This document shows, in pieces, positions 47,171-57,081 of a stretch of DNA of 64,000 bases. The notes under the pieces were generated by a model that had not been told where the DNA came from, made no database searches, and saw nothing but the letters and a program-made list of their open reading frames with translations. Each line of letters begins with the position of its first letter. Position 1 is the first letter of the stretch. Made by a program: the position numbers and the translations under genes. The stretch is taken from the IMG/VR virus record IMGVR_UViG_3300009181_000033, positions 186,001 to 250,000 of that record. One strand, 5' to 3'.

Positions 47171-48844
47171 GTGGAAAGGCAAGATAAGATGGGTTCCGTT
47201 AAAGGGAGGGAGTTGAGGGTTGCGATATGTCCAATTTGTCGCAATTTTGAGTCAAAAAGGATAACTTTGTTAGAGAAGCACATTGTGGTAGAGCATGGCC
47301 GCGATTTAAAGAGTGTATGGGATGAATTTAATGGTGGGCCTGCTGTGTGTGCATGTGGCTGCGGAGAAGTGACAAAGTGGAGTGGGTGGTGGGGTGGGTA
47401 TTCAAAAGTGTTATCAGGGCACAACGGGTCCATATATTCCATGTACGGCGAGGATGAGGCAAAAAGAATATCAGAAAAAAGAAAAGAATCGCTCCGAGGC
47501 AAGGTATCATGGTCAAAAGGATTAACGGCGGAAAGTGATGAGAGGGTAAAGAAAAGGGCAAAAGCAACCGCTGAAGGTAGAAAGTCTGCATTTGATTCCG
47601 GGAAATTAGAAATATGGAACAAAGGCAAAACCGTAGAAAACGATGAAAGGGTGGCGGCGGGGGCGATCGAGTTAAAAGGGCTGTATGCAAAAGGGACAGT
47701 GGTGCCGTGGGCAAAGGGCCTAAGTAAAAAAACAGACAAAAGAATTGCTGGAATGGCAATTAAGGTCTCAATGGTTCTGAGACAGGAAAAAATAAGAAGG
47801 CACCTCGATGGAATGAAGAGGTTGTCGGTGGAAGAGATTAAGAGGCGTGTGGAGTCTTCTGGTAGGCTTAGGGTGGTGAATGGTCTTGAAAATTACACAA
47901 ACGACGCACAAAAAGCCATCCAGGTGAAATGTTCGAGCTGTGAAGAAGTGTTCTATGGATCTCTTAGATCCTTGCAGTATGGCAAGTGTTTTAAATGTTC
48001 CCCTGGGGGATCGATTGCTCAAGAAAACATTGCGACCTGGTTGGAAGGAGTGGGTTGTGTCGTGAAGAGGAATGATAGGTCGATGCTAGGTGGTTTGGAA
48101 CTGGACATACACGTCCCTGGTGGGAATTTGGCCATTGAATACAATGGTCTTTATTGGCACTCCCACACGCATCGATCATCTAATTATCACGAAAATAAGA
48201 CAAAATTGGCGCGCGAGGCTGGCATAAATTTGATTCACATCTTCGAGGATGAGTGGAGGGATAAGGGTGAGATTATTAAATCAATGATCTGCTCCCGCTT
48301 GGGAATCGACATCAAGTCGATAGGTGCAAGAAGGTGCGTTGTGAAACAAATTGATTCAAGGGCTAGAAAGATTTTCTTTGAAGAAAACCACGTAGATGGT
48401 GATGTGACATCAACTGTTGCGTGGGGATTGTATTTTGGTGAAGACCTAGTTTATGCGATGTCAATCAGGAGACCATTTCATAAAAAAGAAGGAGTGATGG
48501 AGGTTGCAAGATGCGCCGCCAAAAAATTCCACAATGTTCAAGGCGGATTGAGCAGATTGGTCAAGTTGGCCATTCAATGGTGCAAAGAACACGATTACAA
48601 AAACCTAATGACGTATGTTGACACAAGACATGGAGGAATGGGCGAAGGTTATTTGAAGGCAGGTTTTTCAAAAGCTGGACGTACCCCTCCAAGATTTTGG
48701 TGGACAGACTTCGAAAATAGATACAATAGATTTAAATACAAAGCAGATTCCCAAAAAGGCCTCACAGAAGTGGCGGTTGCAGAAGCAGCCGGTGTCGTAA
48801 AAATATGGGGATGTGAAAATATAATTTTCAAAATTGACATTTAG
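47171..48844 (+). CDS. Hef-like homing endonuclease paralog 2, antisense between sheath and tube genes
   Basis: CACGCG..GHN, W.KG repeats, AIEYNGLYWHS, IFEDEW, TYVDTR, RFWWTD, IWGC. Confidence 0.75.
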   Translation: MERQDKMGSVKGRELRVAICPICRNFESKRITLLEKHIVVEHGRDLKSVWDEFNGGPAVCACGCGEVTKWSGWWGGYSKVLSGHNGSIYSMYGEDEAKRISEKRKESLRGKVSWSKGLTAESDERVKKRAKATAEGRKSAFDSGKLEIWNKGKTVENDERVAAGAIELKGLYAKGTVVPWAKGLSKKTDKRIAGMAIKVSMVLRQEKIRRHLDGMKRLSVEEIKRRVESSGRLRVVNGLENYTNDAQKAIQVKCSSCEEVFYGSLRSLQYGKCFKCSPGGSIAQENIATWLEGVGCVVKRNDRSMLGGLELDIHVPGGNLAIEYNGLYWHSHTHRSSNYHENKTKLAREAGINLIHIFEDEWRDKGEIIKSMICSRLGIDIKSIGARRCVVKQIDSRARKIFFEENHVDGDVTSTVAWGLYFGEDLVYAMSIRRPFHKKEGVMEVARCAAKKFHNVQGGLSRLVKLAIQWCKEHDYKNLMTYVDTRHGGMGEGYLKAGFSKAGRTPPRFWWTDFENRYNRFKYKADSQKGLTEVAVAEAAGVVKIWGCENIIFKIDI

Positions 48845-48863
48845 GTGTCATCCAATAGGCAAT

Positions 48864-48919
48864 AAAAAGCCTCCGATAAATGGACTCATATTGATCCATC
48901 TATTTATCGGAGGCTTTTT
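48864..48919. terminator. Bidirectional terminator between convergent genes
   Basis: 18-bp perfect IR AAAAAGCCTCCGATAAAT/ATTTATCGGAGGCTTTTT. Confidence 0.8.
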
Positions 48920-48938
48920 TAGTTATCGTTCTAGGTTC

Positions 48939-51900
48939 TTATTGGACCTGTGCGAGGTTGTTGGCCACGACGAAGTCAAGGCTGACGAACTCGATGCTCT
49001 TCGTGGGTTGCACGAAGATCTTGCCGCGAATGGTGTTGTTCTCGATGTCGTCCTGGGTCGTCGTCGAGGAATCGATGATGACCTTGAATCTCTCGAGACC
49101 GCTGAGGGCTTGGATTCTCTGGAGGCGTGGTGTCACAGAGGCAGAGAAGCGGGCGAGTGTTGCAGCTCTGTTAGGTTCGAACAAGATGGTGTTCGCAATG
49201 TCTCTGACTTGGCGCCTAATCTCGATGAGAAGACGACGGACATTAACGCGATCTAGAGCGGAAGCGGCAACCTGCAGTGTCTTCTGGCCCCAGACGACGA
49301 TGCCGCCGCGAGGATTGGTACCGCTCTGAGCAGAACCTGGGAAGGCGACGATAGGATTGATTGAATTGTCATACAAGGAATCCATGTCCTTTTGCTTGAG
49401 TCTAACTCTTGGCTCGAGGGCTTCTTGTGGAAGTGCACCTCTGGTGAAGCCGGCGGGGGCAAACCAAGGATGACCAACAGCGTCATTCAAGGCCAGGGCT
49501 CCGAGAACGAGAACTGAAGGAGGGGCTTGCACGTTGATTCCCTTTGGATCTCTGTATAAGACATCCGGGAAATACGCTGCGGCGAAGGAGGAGTCGACTG
49601 TGCGATTCTTGAAGTTGTTGATTGTGTTAACAACAGAAGGAATCTGGTCTTCATCCTCAACCTGTTCGTAATTCTCGTCGAGTTGTTCAATGTCCATGAC
49701 GTACATGGCATCGAATCTCTCTTCAACCGCCAAAATGGCCGCATCGGTGACGATCGGCTCTCTTATGCTTGGGATGGCTAGAAGCTGTATGTCCATGTTG
49801 ACAACATTCTTCATGATCTCAATGGCTTTCATGTAGGCCTTGACGTTCGGTCCATTTTCAGCTCCACGGTTGGTTGTGGCGCCCATATCGGCATGAACAG
49901 CTGTATTGTTGATCTCTTCTGAGTCCTTGTCAAAAATATTGACACCGTTGAATCCGCCTTGCATGAAGGTCGTATATTTCACAAATGATTTATTTGTCAA
50001 GAAGTCATCGACCCTTAGGGCTCTTGTTTTATTTGTGTTGTTGGATATGATATTTCCATCCCTCACATAAACTGCGCTCTTCCATTGATTGGAATCTGCG
50101 TCACCTGTGGTGCCAGTGACAACCTGCAGGTGTTCCAAGGAGAACATGTTGTTGCAGAACCTATCGGAATCGACGATGCCGAGCTGTGCTGTGTCCGGTT
50201 GTCCTGAATTGCTCCCGGTTAAGAATCCAGCAAAGTCTGGATAGTATTTGCCGAATGATTTGATTCCATCATTTGGAAGAATGGAGCCATTTTGCCTCAG
50301 GACAGTTTGTGGATGCTCAAATTGAACGCCCCAATAGAATTTGGGTTCAACGTTTTCCTTTGCCGAATCAACATCATTTATTGTTATCTTCTTTCTAAAT
50401 GGTAGCGGAGGTGTGACCACGTGATTGAACACAGAATCGACTGTTAGCACTGCATTCTCTACTGCCTTCAATGAAGAAGAAAGTGGTGACGATCCAGAAG
50501 TGACCAAGTGATCAATTCCCCTGAATCCGATAGGCAACGCGACTGGGTCAACGAATCCATTTTCAACATCGGGGTGAACTTCAACCCTGACGTAATTTGA
50601 TCTGTTCTCGTAGTTTCCTTGTATGACCATCTTTTGAGCAGATTCTTCTCTGTCAAAATCGTAATATGCGTGAATGTCTCCAATCACCTTTGCAATATAA
50701 CGATCAGAAGATGGATCCAGATTTACACCTGAAAATGTCTCATTCGCTATCGTCTTCTTGTCCAAATCCCTGTCATTGAACTCCCTTAGAACAACCGTAA
50801 AGTTGCCGTATTTGTTCATGGGATCATTGGAGGGTGTTAAATTTTCAATTGATATCTTGTATTGATAGGCTGGACCAACACCGTCATCGAGAGCATGGAA
50901 CCTAAAGAGATTAATGGGCTTACCACCAAATTTCTGAGAGATGAACCAAGGCGACTTGGCATGACCAAACCTGTCCTGGAAATTCTCATAATTGGGAACA
51001 ATCCTATTGGGATCAAAGTAGTTCCTGGCAGTTGATCCGGTAACCAAGAACGCCGCCTGTTCTTTGCCGGTGCCAGTTGCACCTGCACCCGCGGTGCTTT
51101 CAACAACAGCCGTCCCTGTCACAGCTGCTAAAACGGGATGGATATCCCAATTCGCATAAAGATAGTGACCAGCTTCTTGTATTTTATTGGGGTCAGTGTT
51201 GAGCACATTAGCAAAATAATTGTTTGAAGTGACGTCAAAAGAAGCTGTTATGATATTAGGATAAGAAGCCGTCAAACCCTGATGTCCGTTTAGGAACATT
51301 GAGAATTCCTGTTTGGGACTGGCGTTGTTGCCAAGGACGACGTCGCCTAATTGCGATCCTTTTATGTTTGCTTGCAAAGCAACCAAAGCAGATCCGGGTT
51401 GTGCTGAAGAAATACCGGCCACCGAGGAAGAGAGCGTTAGGATGACTCCGCTTGGGGCCATTAAAACGCCCCTAACAATAGGAACGGCGGCGGCGTGAGA
51501 CCCTGCAGCTGCGGCAACTGCTGACTTGTAACCTTGTATGCCGGCTTCGCTAAAGACAGTTGAGCCAGCAGATTCTGACATGAAACAACCAAGGAAGTAG
51601 GTTCTTCCCGCAACTCCCAAGTTGTTTGCAAATGGATTTCTCTCTTTCGTTCCAGGGACGCCCGAGAGCGGATTTGGAACATTGTCTCCAACAACGAAAC
51701 CGGCATTGGTGACAGTCCCGTCGTCAGTTCTTTCCCTGCCGTCACCAGTCCCAAGAACCCTGAGATAGGTTACAGCCTGGGCATTCCTTAACCATTCAAA
51801 CACTGCAAGAGGTCCGAATTTTTTGCCGTCTGTTTCACCAAACTTATTGTACCAATCTCCTATCGTGCCGACAGTGACCGGCACGAAGGCGGGCCCATTA

Positions 51901-52013
51901 AGGGCAGTGCCAACAATGCCTGCTGGCGTTCCGACGGGTGCTCGGGCCACTGGACCCGAGATGTCTATCTCTCTTGTTGTTACTCCTGCACTACCGAATT
52001 TCAACTGTGCCAT
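48939..52013 (-). CDS. Tail sheath protein (gp18-like), copy A
   Basis: GVTTREID, GPAFVP, PWFAPAGFTRG, WGQKTLQ..SALDRVNVRRLL. Confidence 0.93.
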   Translation of the reverse strand: MAQLKFGSAGVTTREIDISGPVARAPVGTPAGIVGTALNGPAFVPVTVGTIGDWYNKFGETDGKKFGPLAVFEWLRNAQAVTYLRVLGTGDGRERTDDGTVTNAGFVVGDNVPNPLSGVPGTKERNPFANNLGVAGRTYFLGCFMSESAGSTVFSEAGIQGYKSAVAAAAGSHAAAVPIVRGVLMAPSGVILTLSSSVAGISSAQPGSALVALQANIKGSQLGDVVLGNNASPKQEFSMFLNGHQGLTASYPNIITASFDVTSNNYFANVLNTDPNKIQEAGHYLYANWDIHPVLAAVTGTAVVESTAGAGATGTGKEQAAFLVTGSTARNYFDPNRIVPNYENFQDRFGHAKSPWFISQKFGGKPINLFRFHALDDGVGPAYQYKISIENLTPSNDPMNKYGNFTVVLREFNDRDLDKKTIANETFSGVNLDPSSDRYIAKVIGDIHAYYDFDREESAQKMVIQGNYENRSNYVRVEVHPDVENGFVDPVALPIGFRGIDHLVTSGSSPLSSSLKAVENAVLTVDSVFNHVVTPPLPFRKKITINDVDSAKENVEPKFYWGVQFEHPQTVLRQNGSILPNDGIKSFGKYYPDFAGFLTGSNSGQPDTAQLGIVDSDRFCNNMFSLEHLQVVTGTTGDADSNQWKSAVYVRDGNIISNNTNKTRALRVDDFLTNKSFVKYTTFMQGGFNGVNIFDKDSEEINNTAVHADMGATTNRGAENGPNVKAYMKAIEIMKNVVNMDIQLLAIPSIREPIVTDAAILAVEERFDAMYVMDIEQLDENYEQVEDEDQIPSVVNTINNFKNRTVDSSFAAAYFPDVLYRDPKGINVQAPPSVLVLGALALNDAVGHPWFAPAGFTRGALPQEALEPRVRLKQKDMDSLYDNSINPIVAFPGSAQSGTNPRGGIVVWGQKTLQVAASALDRVNVRRLLIEIRRQVRDIANTILFEPNRAATLARFSASVTPRLQRIQALSGLERFKVIIDSSTTTQDDIENNTIRGKIFVQPTKSIEFVSLDFVVANNLAQVQ

Positions 52014-52057
52014 TTATTTGCTCCATTGATAGCTAACTATTGTCTACCTAAAAAATT

Positions 52058-55000
52058 TCACACGAACTCAACGCCACTATTTGTAACAATGAAATCAATT
52101 GCGATGAACTCGACAACCCTTGTGGGAACAACGACTATTCTTCCATTCAGGCGATTGAGATCGACATCTTCTTGGGTGTTATTGCTCTCATTCATAACAA
52201 CCTGGAAGGCTTCTACGCCGGCCTGAATTTGAATGAGACCCAACTGGAAAGAAGCATCGGCAACAAACTTATTACGAACGGCTGGCGTGTTTTGCTCGAA
52301 CACTATGTTCTTTGCAATACCGGAAATGATTCTCTTTATCTCCAGCATCAACCTTCTCACGTTGACCCTATCAAGAGCCGAACGATTAATTTGTAGCGTC
52401 TTTTGACCAAAGATAACGAAACCCATCTTGGGGAAAGTGGCTATCGGATTGATGCGTGATTCGTAGAGGCGGTCCCTGTCAGAAACATTTAGTCTCACGC
52501 CGACATTTGTTACGAAGTCCAACGCTGCCCTGTTGAAACCAGCAGGGGCAAACCAAGGATAAGAAACTCTGTCGTTAAAGCCCAAAGCACCCAAGGCAGC
52601 AACTGAGGCCGGAACCCTTACTTTTCTCTTGTTGACGGTGTCATCGACAAAGACATCAGGATAGTATGTCGCAACGTAATTATTGTCAATGGTCCTTGCA
52701 TCAAGTTGATTTGCTGTGCGCACTATGTTTGGTTTGACACTTGAATCATCATAAATGACTGCGTCATCATCGCTATATGAAGGAATGTCCATCACGTGCA
52801 TGGCCATTCCATAATCCCTAACCTTCTGCATGGTTCTGTCATTTATGTATACATCCCTGATACCTGGTATACAGATGATGTTCGTGTTCGCCTCGAGCGG
52901 GTTGGTCATTATGTCAACGGCGGACAAGTAAGAATTAACACCGTTGTTGTCTTCGTTAAAGCCAGACGGATTGACAGTGCCAAAACCTTCTGGATAGAAA
53001 GTTGGTGATGCACCTGAATCGAAAGAAACTGACTTATCATTCAATCGACGAGCGTTTCTATCCAAGAAATTGGTTCCATCAAATCCACCATACATGAAAT
53101 TGGTGAACTTGGCATAAGCGGAGAACCTATTGAATTCAGAGGCGGTCCCTTGGGACAGCAACGTTGCGAAAGTAATTCTGTCTATCTGAGAAGTCCCATC
53201 ATTGTTTAACACGTACGTGCTAGAGTCAAGTTTGGCATTTCTCACGTAGGCTGCCTGCCTCATGTGACTGTTCACCGAACTTGTGAGATCTGTGATTGAA
53301 GAGTTGTAGAACGCGACATTTGCCAATGAGAACTTATTATTGTTCATGTCGTCGGCAAAAGATCCCGTCAACAACGAGTCTAGTTTCGATATTCCAACAA
53401 ACTTGGTAAATGACTCGAGCAGAGAATTTTTCTCTGTGACAAGGTTGGCGTTTAACAACATGTTGTTTTTGACATCATTGGTGACGTCAGAACCAGTGCT
53501 GCTTCTCTCAAACTTAACGCCCCAATAGTAGGCTGGATTTGCTTGCTCTGCAGCACCAGGCTCACCGGTAAACGTTGGGGTTTGTTTCACTTCACCTCTT
53601 GTAACCTTGAACCTAAGGGGGAGAGGTGGGAGGAAAGAACCAGACAGTGATGTTCCGGCAGAAGAAGAACAATGCAGTCTTGAAGCAGAAGGATCGAGAG
53701 CACCATCGTTGGTCAAGGGGCTGGTTTTCAACAACTCTGGACCCCTGAATCCGAACGGAAGAGCGGTGGTTGGAATTTGCTCTTTTTCGTGCTCTTCGCT
53801 CATCTCAATTCTGACGTATCTTGAATTATTTGCATACTTGCCAAGGGCAACGATTCTCTTCTCGTTAGGATCAAGAGAATCAAAGTTATAGAAAACTTTT
53901 CTATCTCCGATCATCTTGGCTATGTAATTTGGAGCCTTTGGATCCAAGGTGACATTTGAAAATTGTTCGAGAACCATAGGGCTCACGTCGGTATCGTTCC
54001 AGTCCCTTATTTGAACATTGAACGTTCCATACTTGTTTGCTTCATTTGCAGACGCCTTGACGTTTGTGATAGAAATCTTGTAAAGGCTGTTTGCATATTG
54101 ACCATCGTCCAACGACTCGAACCTAAAAAGATCGTATTCTTTTGTTCCATACGGTTGTGATATAAAGAATGTGCTCTTGGGCGTGGTGTATCTCGTGTTG
54201 TAAGAACCAAACACCTTGCTAAATGGATTTCCGTGAAGACCGTCAGCGGAAGAACCGCTGAGTATCGCCACAGAGTTTCCTGCATCAACGTATGCAATTG
54301 TGTGATCAACAGCAAAATCTGCGTGTAGATAATGTTGTTCTTGATAGAACTTGTCAGGATCCCTGTTTAGAACCTTGGCAAAATAATCCTTGTCTGTTGG
54401 GTTGAATGAAGCGGTTAAAACCTTCACGCCGGAAAGTCCATCCATTTTTGAGAATGAATCACCTATGGAAGAAGAGATGATGAGTTTAAATTTCCCATCG
54501 GAGTGCATTGGGTGATCGTCGTTATTAACAACCTTCACTGCCACCAAGCTAGAATTGGATCCCGTAACCATGATTCTTGCTGTAGAGGGCGTCATGATGA
54601 GGCCTCTTATCAAGTCGGCAGATGTAGAATTTGTTATGGTGTCATTGTTGGTAAAATCAGCAACTGCAACGTCTTCATTGGGTCCAAACGTATGTTTGGC
54701 AGCCAAAAACTGAACCCTTCCAGTAGTTGAATCGTCCAAAACAAAGCCGGCATTATTGACAACACCTTTTGTCAAAGTATCACTCAGGTGTTGAGCTGTA
54801 GTGTTGGCTCCTGCACCCAGCACCCTGAGATATGTCAAGGATGATCTGTTCTTTAAAAATTCGCAAACCGCGTATGGTCCAAAATGCTTTGGATCAAGAT
54901 TGCCAAAGTTTTGCACAAATTCATTAAAATTTGCTACAGTAAATGGCACAAAGGCGGGGCCTTTGTTTGATGTTCCTATGATTCCTGCAGGGACGCCTAC

Positions 55001-55078
55001 TGGTCCAGATGTCCTGGGTGATGATAAATCTATTTCGCGTTCATAAAAATTTGGCGACTTAAAGGTCTGCTCTGACAT
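52058..55078 (-). CDS. Tail sheath protein (gp18-like), copy B
   Basis: SPNFYEREID, GPAFVP, PWFAPAGFNRA, FGQKTLQ..SALDRVNVRRLM. Confidence 0.93.
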   Translation of the reverse strand: MSEQTFKSPNFYEREIDLSSPRTSGPVGVPAGIIGTSNKGPAFVPFTVANFNEFVQNFGNLDPKHFGPYAVCEFLKNRSSLTYLRVLGAGANTTAQHLSDTLTKGVVNNAGFVLDDSTTGRVQFLAAKHTFGPNEDVAVADFTNNDTITNSTSADLIRGLIMTPSTARIMVTGSNSSLVAVKVVNNDDHPMHSDGKFKLIISSSIGDSFSKMDGLSGVKVLTASFNPTDKDYFAKVLNRDPDKFYQEQHYLHADFAVDHTIAYVDAGNSVAILSGSSADGLHGNPFSKVFGSYNTRYTTPKSTFFISQPYGTKEYDLFRFESLDDGQYANSLYKISITNVKASANEANKYGTFNVQIRDWNDTDVSPMVLEQFSNVTLDPKAPNYIAKMIGDRKVFYNFDSLDPNEKRIVALGKYANNSRYVRIEMSEEHEKEQIPTTALPFGFRGPELLKTSPLTNDGALDPSASRLHCSSSAGTSLSGSFLPPLPLRFKVTRGEVKQTPTFTGEPGAAEQANPAYYWGVKFERSSTGSDVTNDVKNNMLLNANLVTEKNSLLESFTKFVGISKLDSLLTGSFADDMNNNKFSLANVAFYNSSITDLTSSVNSHMRQAAYVRNAKLDSSTYVLNNDGTSQIDRITFATLLSQGTASEFNRFSAYAKFTNFMYGGFDGTNFLDRNARRLNDKSVSFDSGASPTFYPEGFGTVNPSGFNEDNNGVNSYLSAVDIMTNPLEANTNIICIPGIRDVYINDRTMQKVRDYGMAMHVMDIPSYSDDDAVIYDDSSVKPNIVRTANQLDARTIDNNYVATYYPDVFVDDTVNKRKVRVPASVAALGALGFNDRVSYPWFAPAGFNRAALDFVTNVGVRLNVSDRDRLYESRINPIATFPKMGFVIFGQKTLQINRSALDRVNVRRLMLEIKRIISGIAKNIVFEQNTPAVRNKFVADASFQLGLIQIQAGVEAFQVVMNESNNTQEDVDLNRLNGRIVVVPTRVVEFIAIDFIVTNSGVEFV

Positions 55079-55116
55079 TACCTATCTCCTTAAATGTGGG
55101 CTTTCGCTTCAGAAGA

Positions 55117-55123
55117 TAAGTAT
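55117..55123 (-). promoter_or_regulatory. Representative putative late promoter ATANTTA (upstream of sheath B)
   Basis: Same heptamer sits shortly upstream of at least 17 gene starts; see findings. Confidence 0.7.
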
Positions 55124-55193
55124 TATCGAAAAGTATAAAAAATAAATTATAACTTGGGACAAACGTTTGCAAACACAACATTTCAAAGAAAAA

Positions 55194-56402
55194 TCATTCT
55201 TTGGAATCACCGGGAAAAACATTTGTGAGTTCTATTTCTAAATCCCCCAGCGAATAATTGTTTTTAGAATAAACTGTTTCTCCATTTGATGATGCGCTTC
55301 TCACCCTATAATTTGAACCAAATATGGAGAGATTGTCGCGAGGAAAAAGCTTCGGTCTTTTTGGATGTATTTCCATGGGGAGCGTAGGATCGTCTGTCCC
55401 CAATTCGTACTGGTCGTCGATAGAATTAGGGTCTTGATCAGCAACCACAGACGGTGAGGCCGTCAATGACTCGAACTTTATAATAGGCGATGAAATATAT
55501 CTTTTTATTGGAATTGGTGAACCGGGAGTCTGGGAAACAAAGAAATAAGCAGGAACGTTGACGTTAAAGGAGTATTTGATGAATCTTTCCTGTTGGGACA
55601 TATCATCAAAATTATTCTCTAATGCGTAAGAACCACCATCGACTGACGCTACAAACCAGTATCCCTTGGGTGTTTCAAGCTTCCAGCCTTGGACTTGGGG
55701 CAAAAATGAAGTTATCACTTTTTCCATTATTTGGTTGGCGTGCTGCATATATTGCGTCCATATTGTTATTTGATATTTTGCAGTGTAGAATTGAGGAGTG
55801 GGCACAACTATTGTTTCTACAATATTATTGTTCAAATAAGGCTGGAGCAATTTGCCATTCATTGCATCTTTTGTGTCCGACAACTCACCTAATCTTCTAT
55901 CCGTTGTCAATTGGGAAGAAGAAACGTGGGTTGAAACTGCTAAATTTTCTTGGTCTTTCAAAAAAAATTTATTTATCAAATTTTGATAATCCCTGTCAGA
56001 CTTGTGTAGTCTCCTGTTGACGGTTATCTCTCCAACACTTTGATTAATTCCACGGGCCGTCATCTCTTCACTGGGTGATTGGGCTAGTTCGGTTCTCATT
56101 ATTGTCAACAAGGGGAGCAAGAGAGTATTGTTCCTGTCCCTAAGAGGTCGACCATTTTTTAACAAAGACCATTTTTCTCCAGCAGCGAAAATAACTGGGA
56201 TTTTTTTCAAGGGTGATGAATCATTGCCTCCGCAGAACGGAGATATTTCTTTTTCAAAAAGATTAAACAGTGCTACGTCGACGTCTTCGACCCCACAAGG
56301 AGGCAAATATAGATCAACACTCCCTTGAGTGGTCTCATACCCTGTGGGCAAAGGGAGCTGACCATTATTTGATTTGCTGCCTGGATTAAACCGAGTTGCC
56401 AT
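55194..56402 (-). CDS. Tail terminator / sheath stabiliser (gp15-like)
   Basis: IPVIFAAGEKW, LPLLTIMRT, YQITIWT; between neck and sheath genes. Confidence 0.6.
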   Translation of the reverse strand: MATRFNPGSKSNNGQLPLPTGYETTQGSVDLYLPPCGVEDVDVALFNLFEKEISPFCGGNDSSPLKKIPVIFAAGEKWSLLKNGRPLRDRNNTLLLPLLTIMRTELAQSPSEEMTARGINQSVGEITVNRRLHKSDRDYQNLINKFFLKDQENLAVSTHVSSSQLTTDRRLGELSDTKDAMNGKLLQPYLNNNIVETIVVPTPQFYTAKYQITIWTQYMQHANQIMEKVITSFLPQVQGWKLETPKGYWFVASVDGGSYALENNFDDMSQQERFIKYSFNVNVPAYFFVSQTPGSPIPIKRYISSPIIKFESLTASPSVVADQDPNSIDDQYELGTDDPTLPMEIHPKRPKLFPRDNLSIFGSNYRVRSASSNGETVYSKNNYSLGDLEIELTNVFPGDSKE

Positions 56403-56409
56403 TTTTCAC

Positions 56410-57078
56410 CTACTCATCATAAAAGGAAGAACCGGCGCCTGTTTGATCTCCCTTATCGGACACTTCTTTGGGACCGGTAATAGGTTTATCAAGCACACCA
56501 TTTTCGATAAGGTCTCTCTTGTCACCAGTGGCTTCTCCGTTTTTATCGATAGACTCGCCTCTTTGTTGAACAAATTCTTTTTGTACAGCATCTGCATCTG
56601 TGTATTTGATGTCTGTTGGCCCAATTGTTGGAGCCTTAAACAGACCTTCACGAGCTTTGATTCCTATTAGTTTGACTCCATCCTTGTGCTCAGGCATACC
56701 GAATATATTGCGCATAAAAACTCGCTCGGTTATCTCATAAAAAACATCCGAAAAAGAAAAGAAGTCACCTATGTTGACATTTATTCCTTTGTCTAAGAGG
56801 TCCCTGTATTGTATGAACGCCTCAATTTTGAATTGGGCATCGATACCGAATTTATCTATTTTTGTATCTGATTGAAAGTTGCTGTCTATTAAACAATCTA
56901 TGGCTATGGGATTGTCGTAGATCTTTTGAAGTGCTTCATTATAGACGCCATGGGATTTTGTTTTCGTCTCAGAAATTGGGTAATAATAAATCTTTTGACC
57001 GACCACATCCTTTATTATTTCCTTAGTTATGTCGGAAATAAAATTCAATTCCCTGGGTGTGATAAATAATCTGGCCAT
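56410..57078 (-). CDS. Neck / head closure protein (gp14-like)
   Basis: GQKIYYY, KFGID, GDFF; synteny. Confidence 0.6.
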   Translation of the reverse strand: MARLFITPRELNFISDITKEIIKDVVGQKIYYYPISETKTKSHGVYNEALQKIYDNPIAIDCLIDSNFQSDTKIDKFGIDAQFKIEAFIQYRDLLDKGINVNIGDFFSFSDVFYEITERVFMRNIFGMPEHKDGVKLIGIKAREGLFKAPTIGPTDIKYTDADAVQKEFVQQRGESIDKNGEATGDKRDLIENGVLDKPITGPKEVSDKGDQTGAGSSFYDE

Positions 57079-57081
57079 GTT

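Noticed and set aside
47161-47759. 192- and 143-aa minus-strand ORFs
   Set aside because: Antisense to the Hef-like gene; low-complexity by-product of local G-rich skew.
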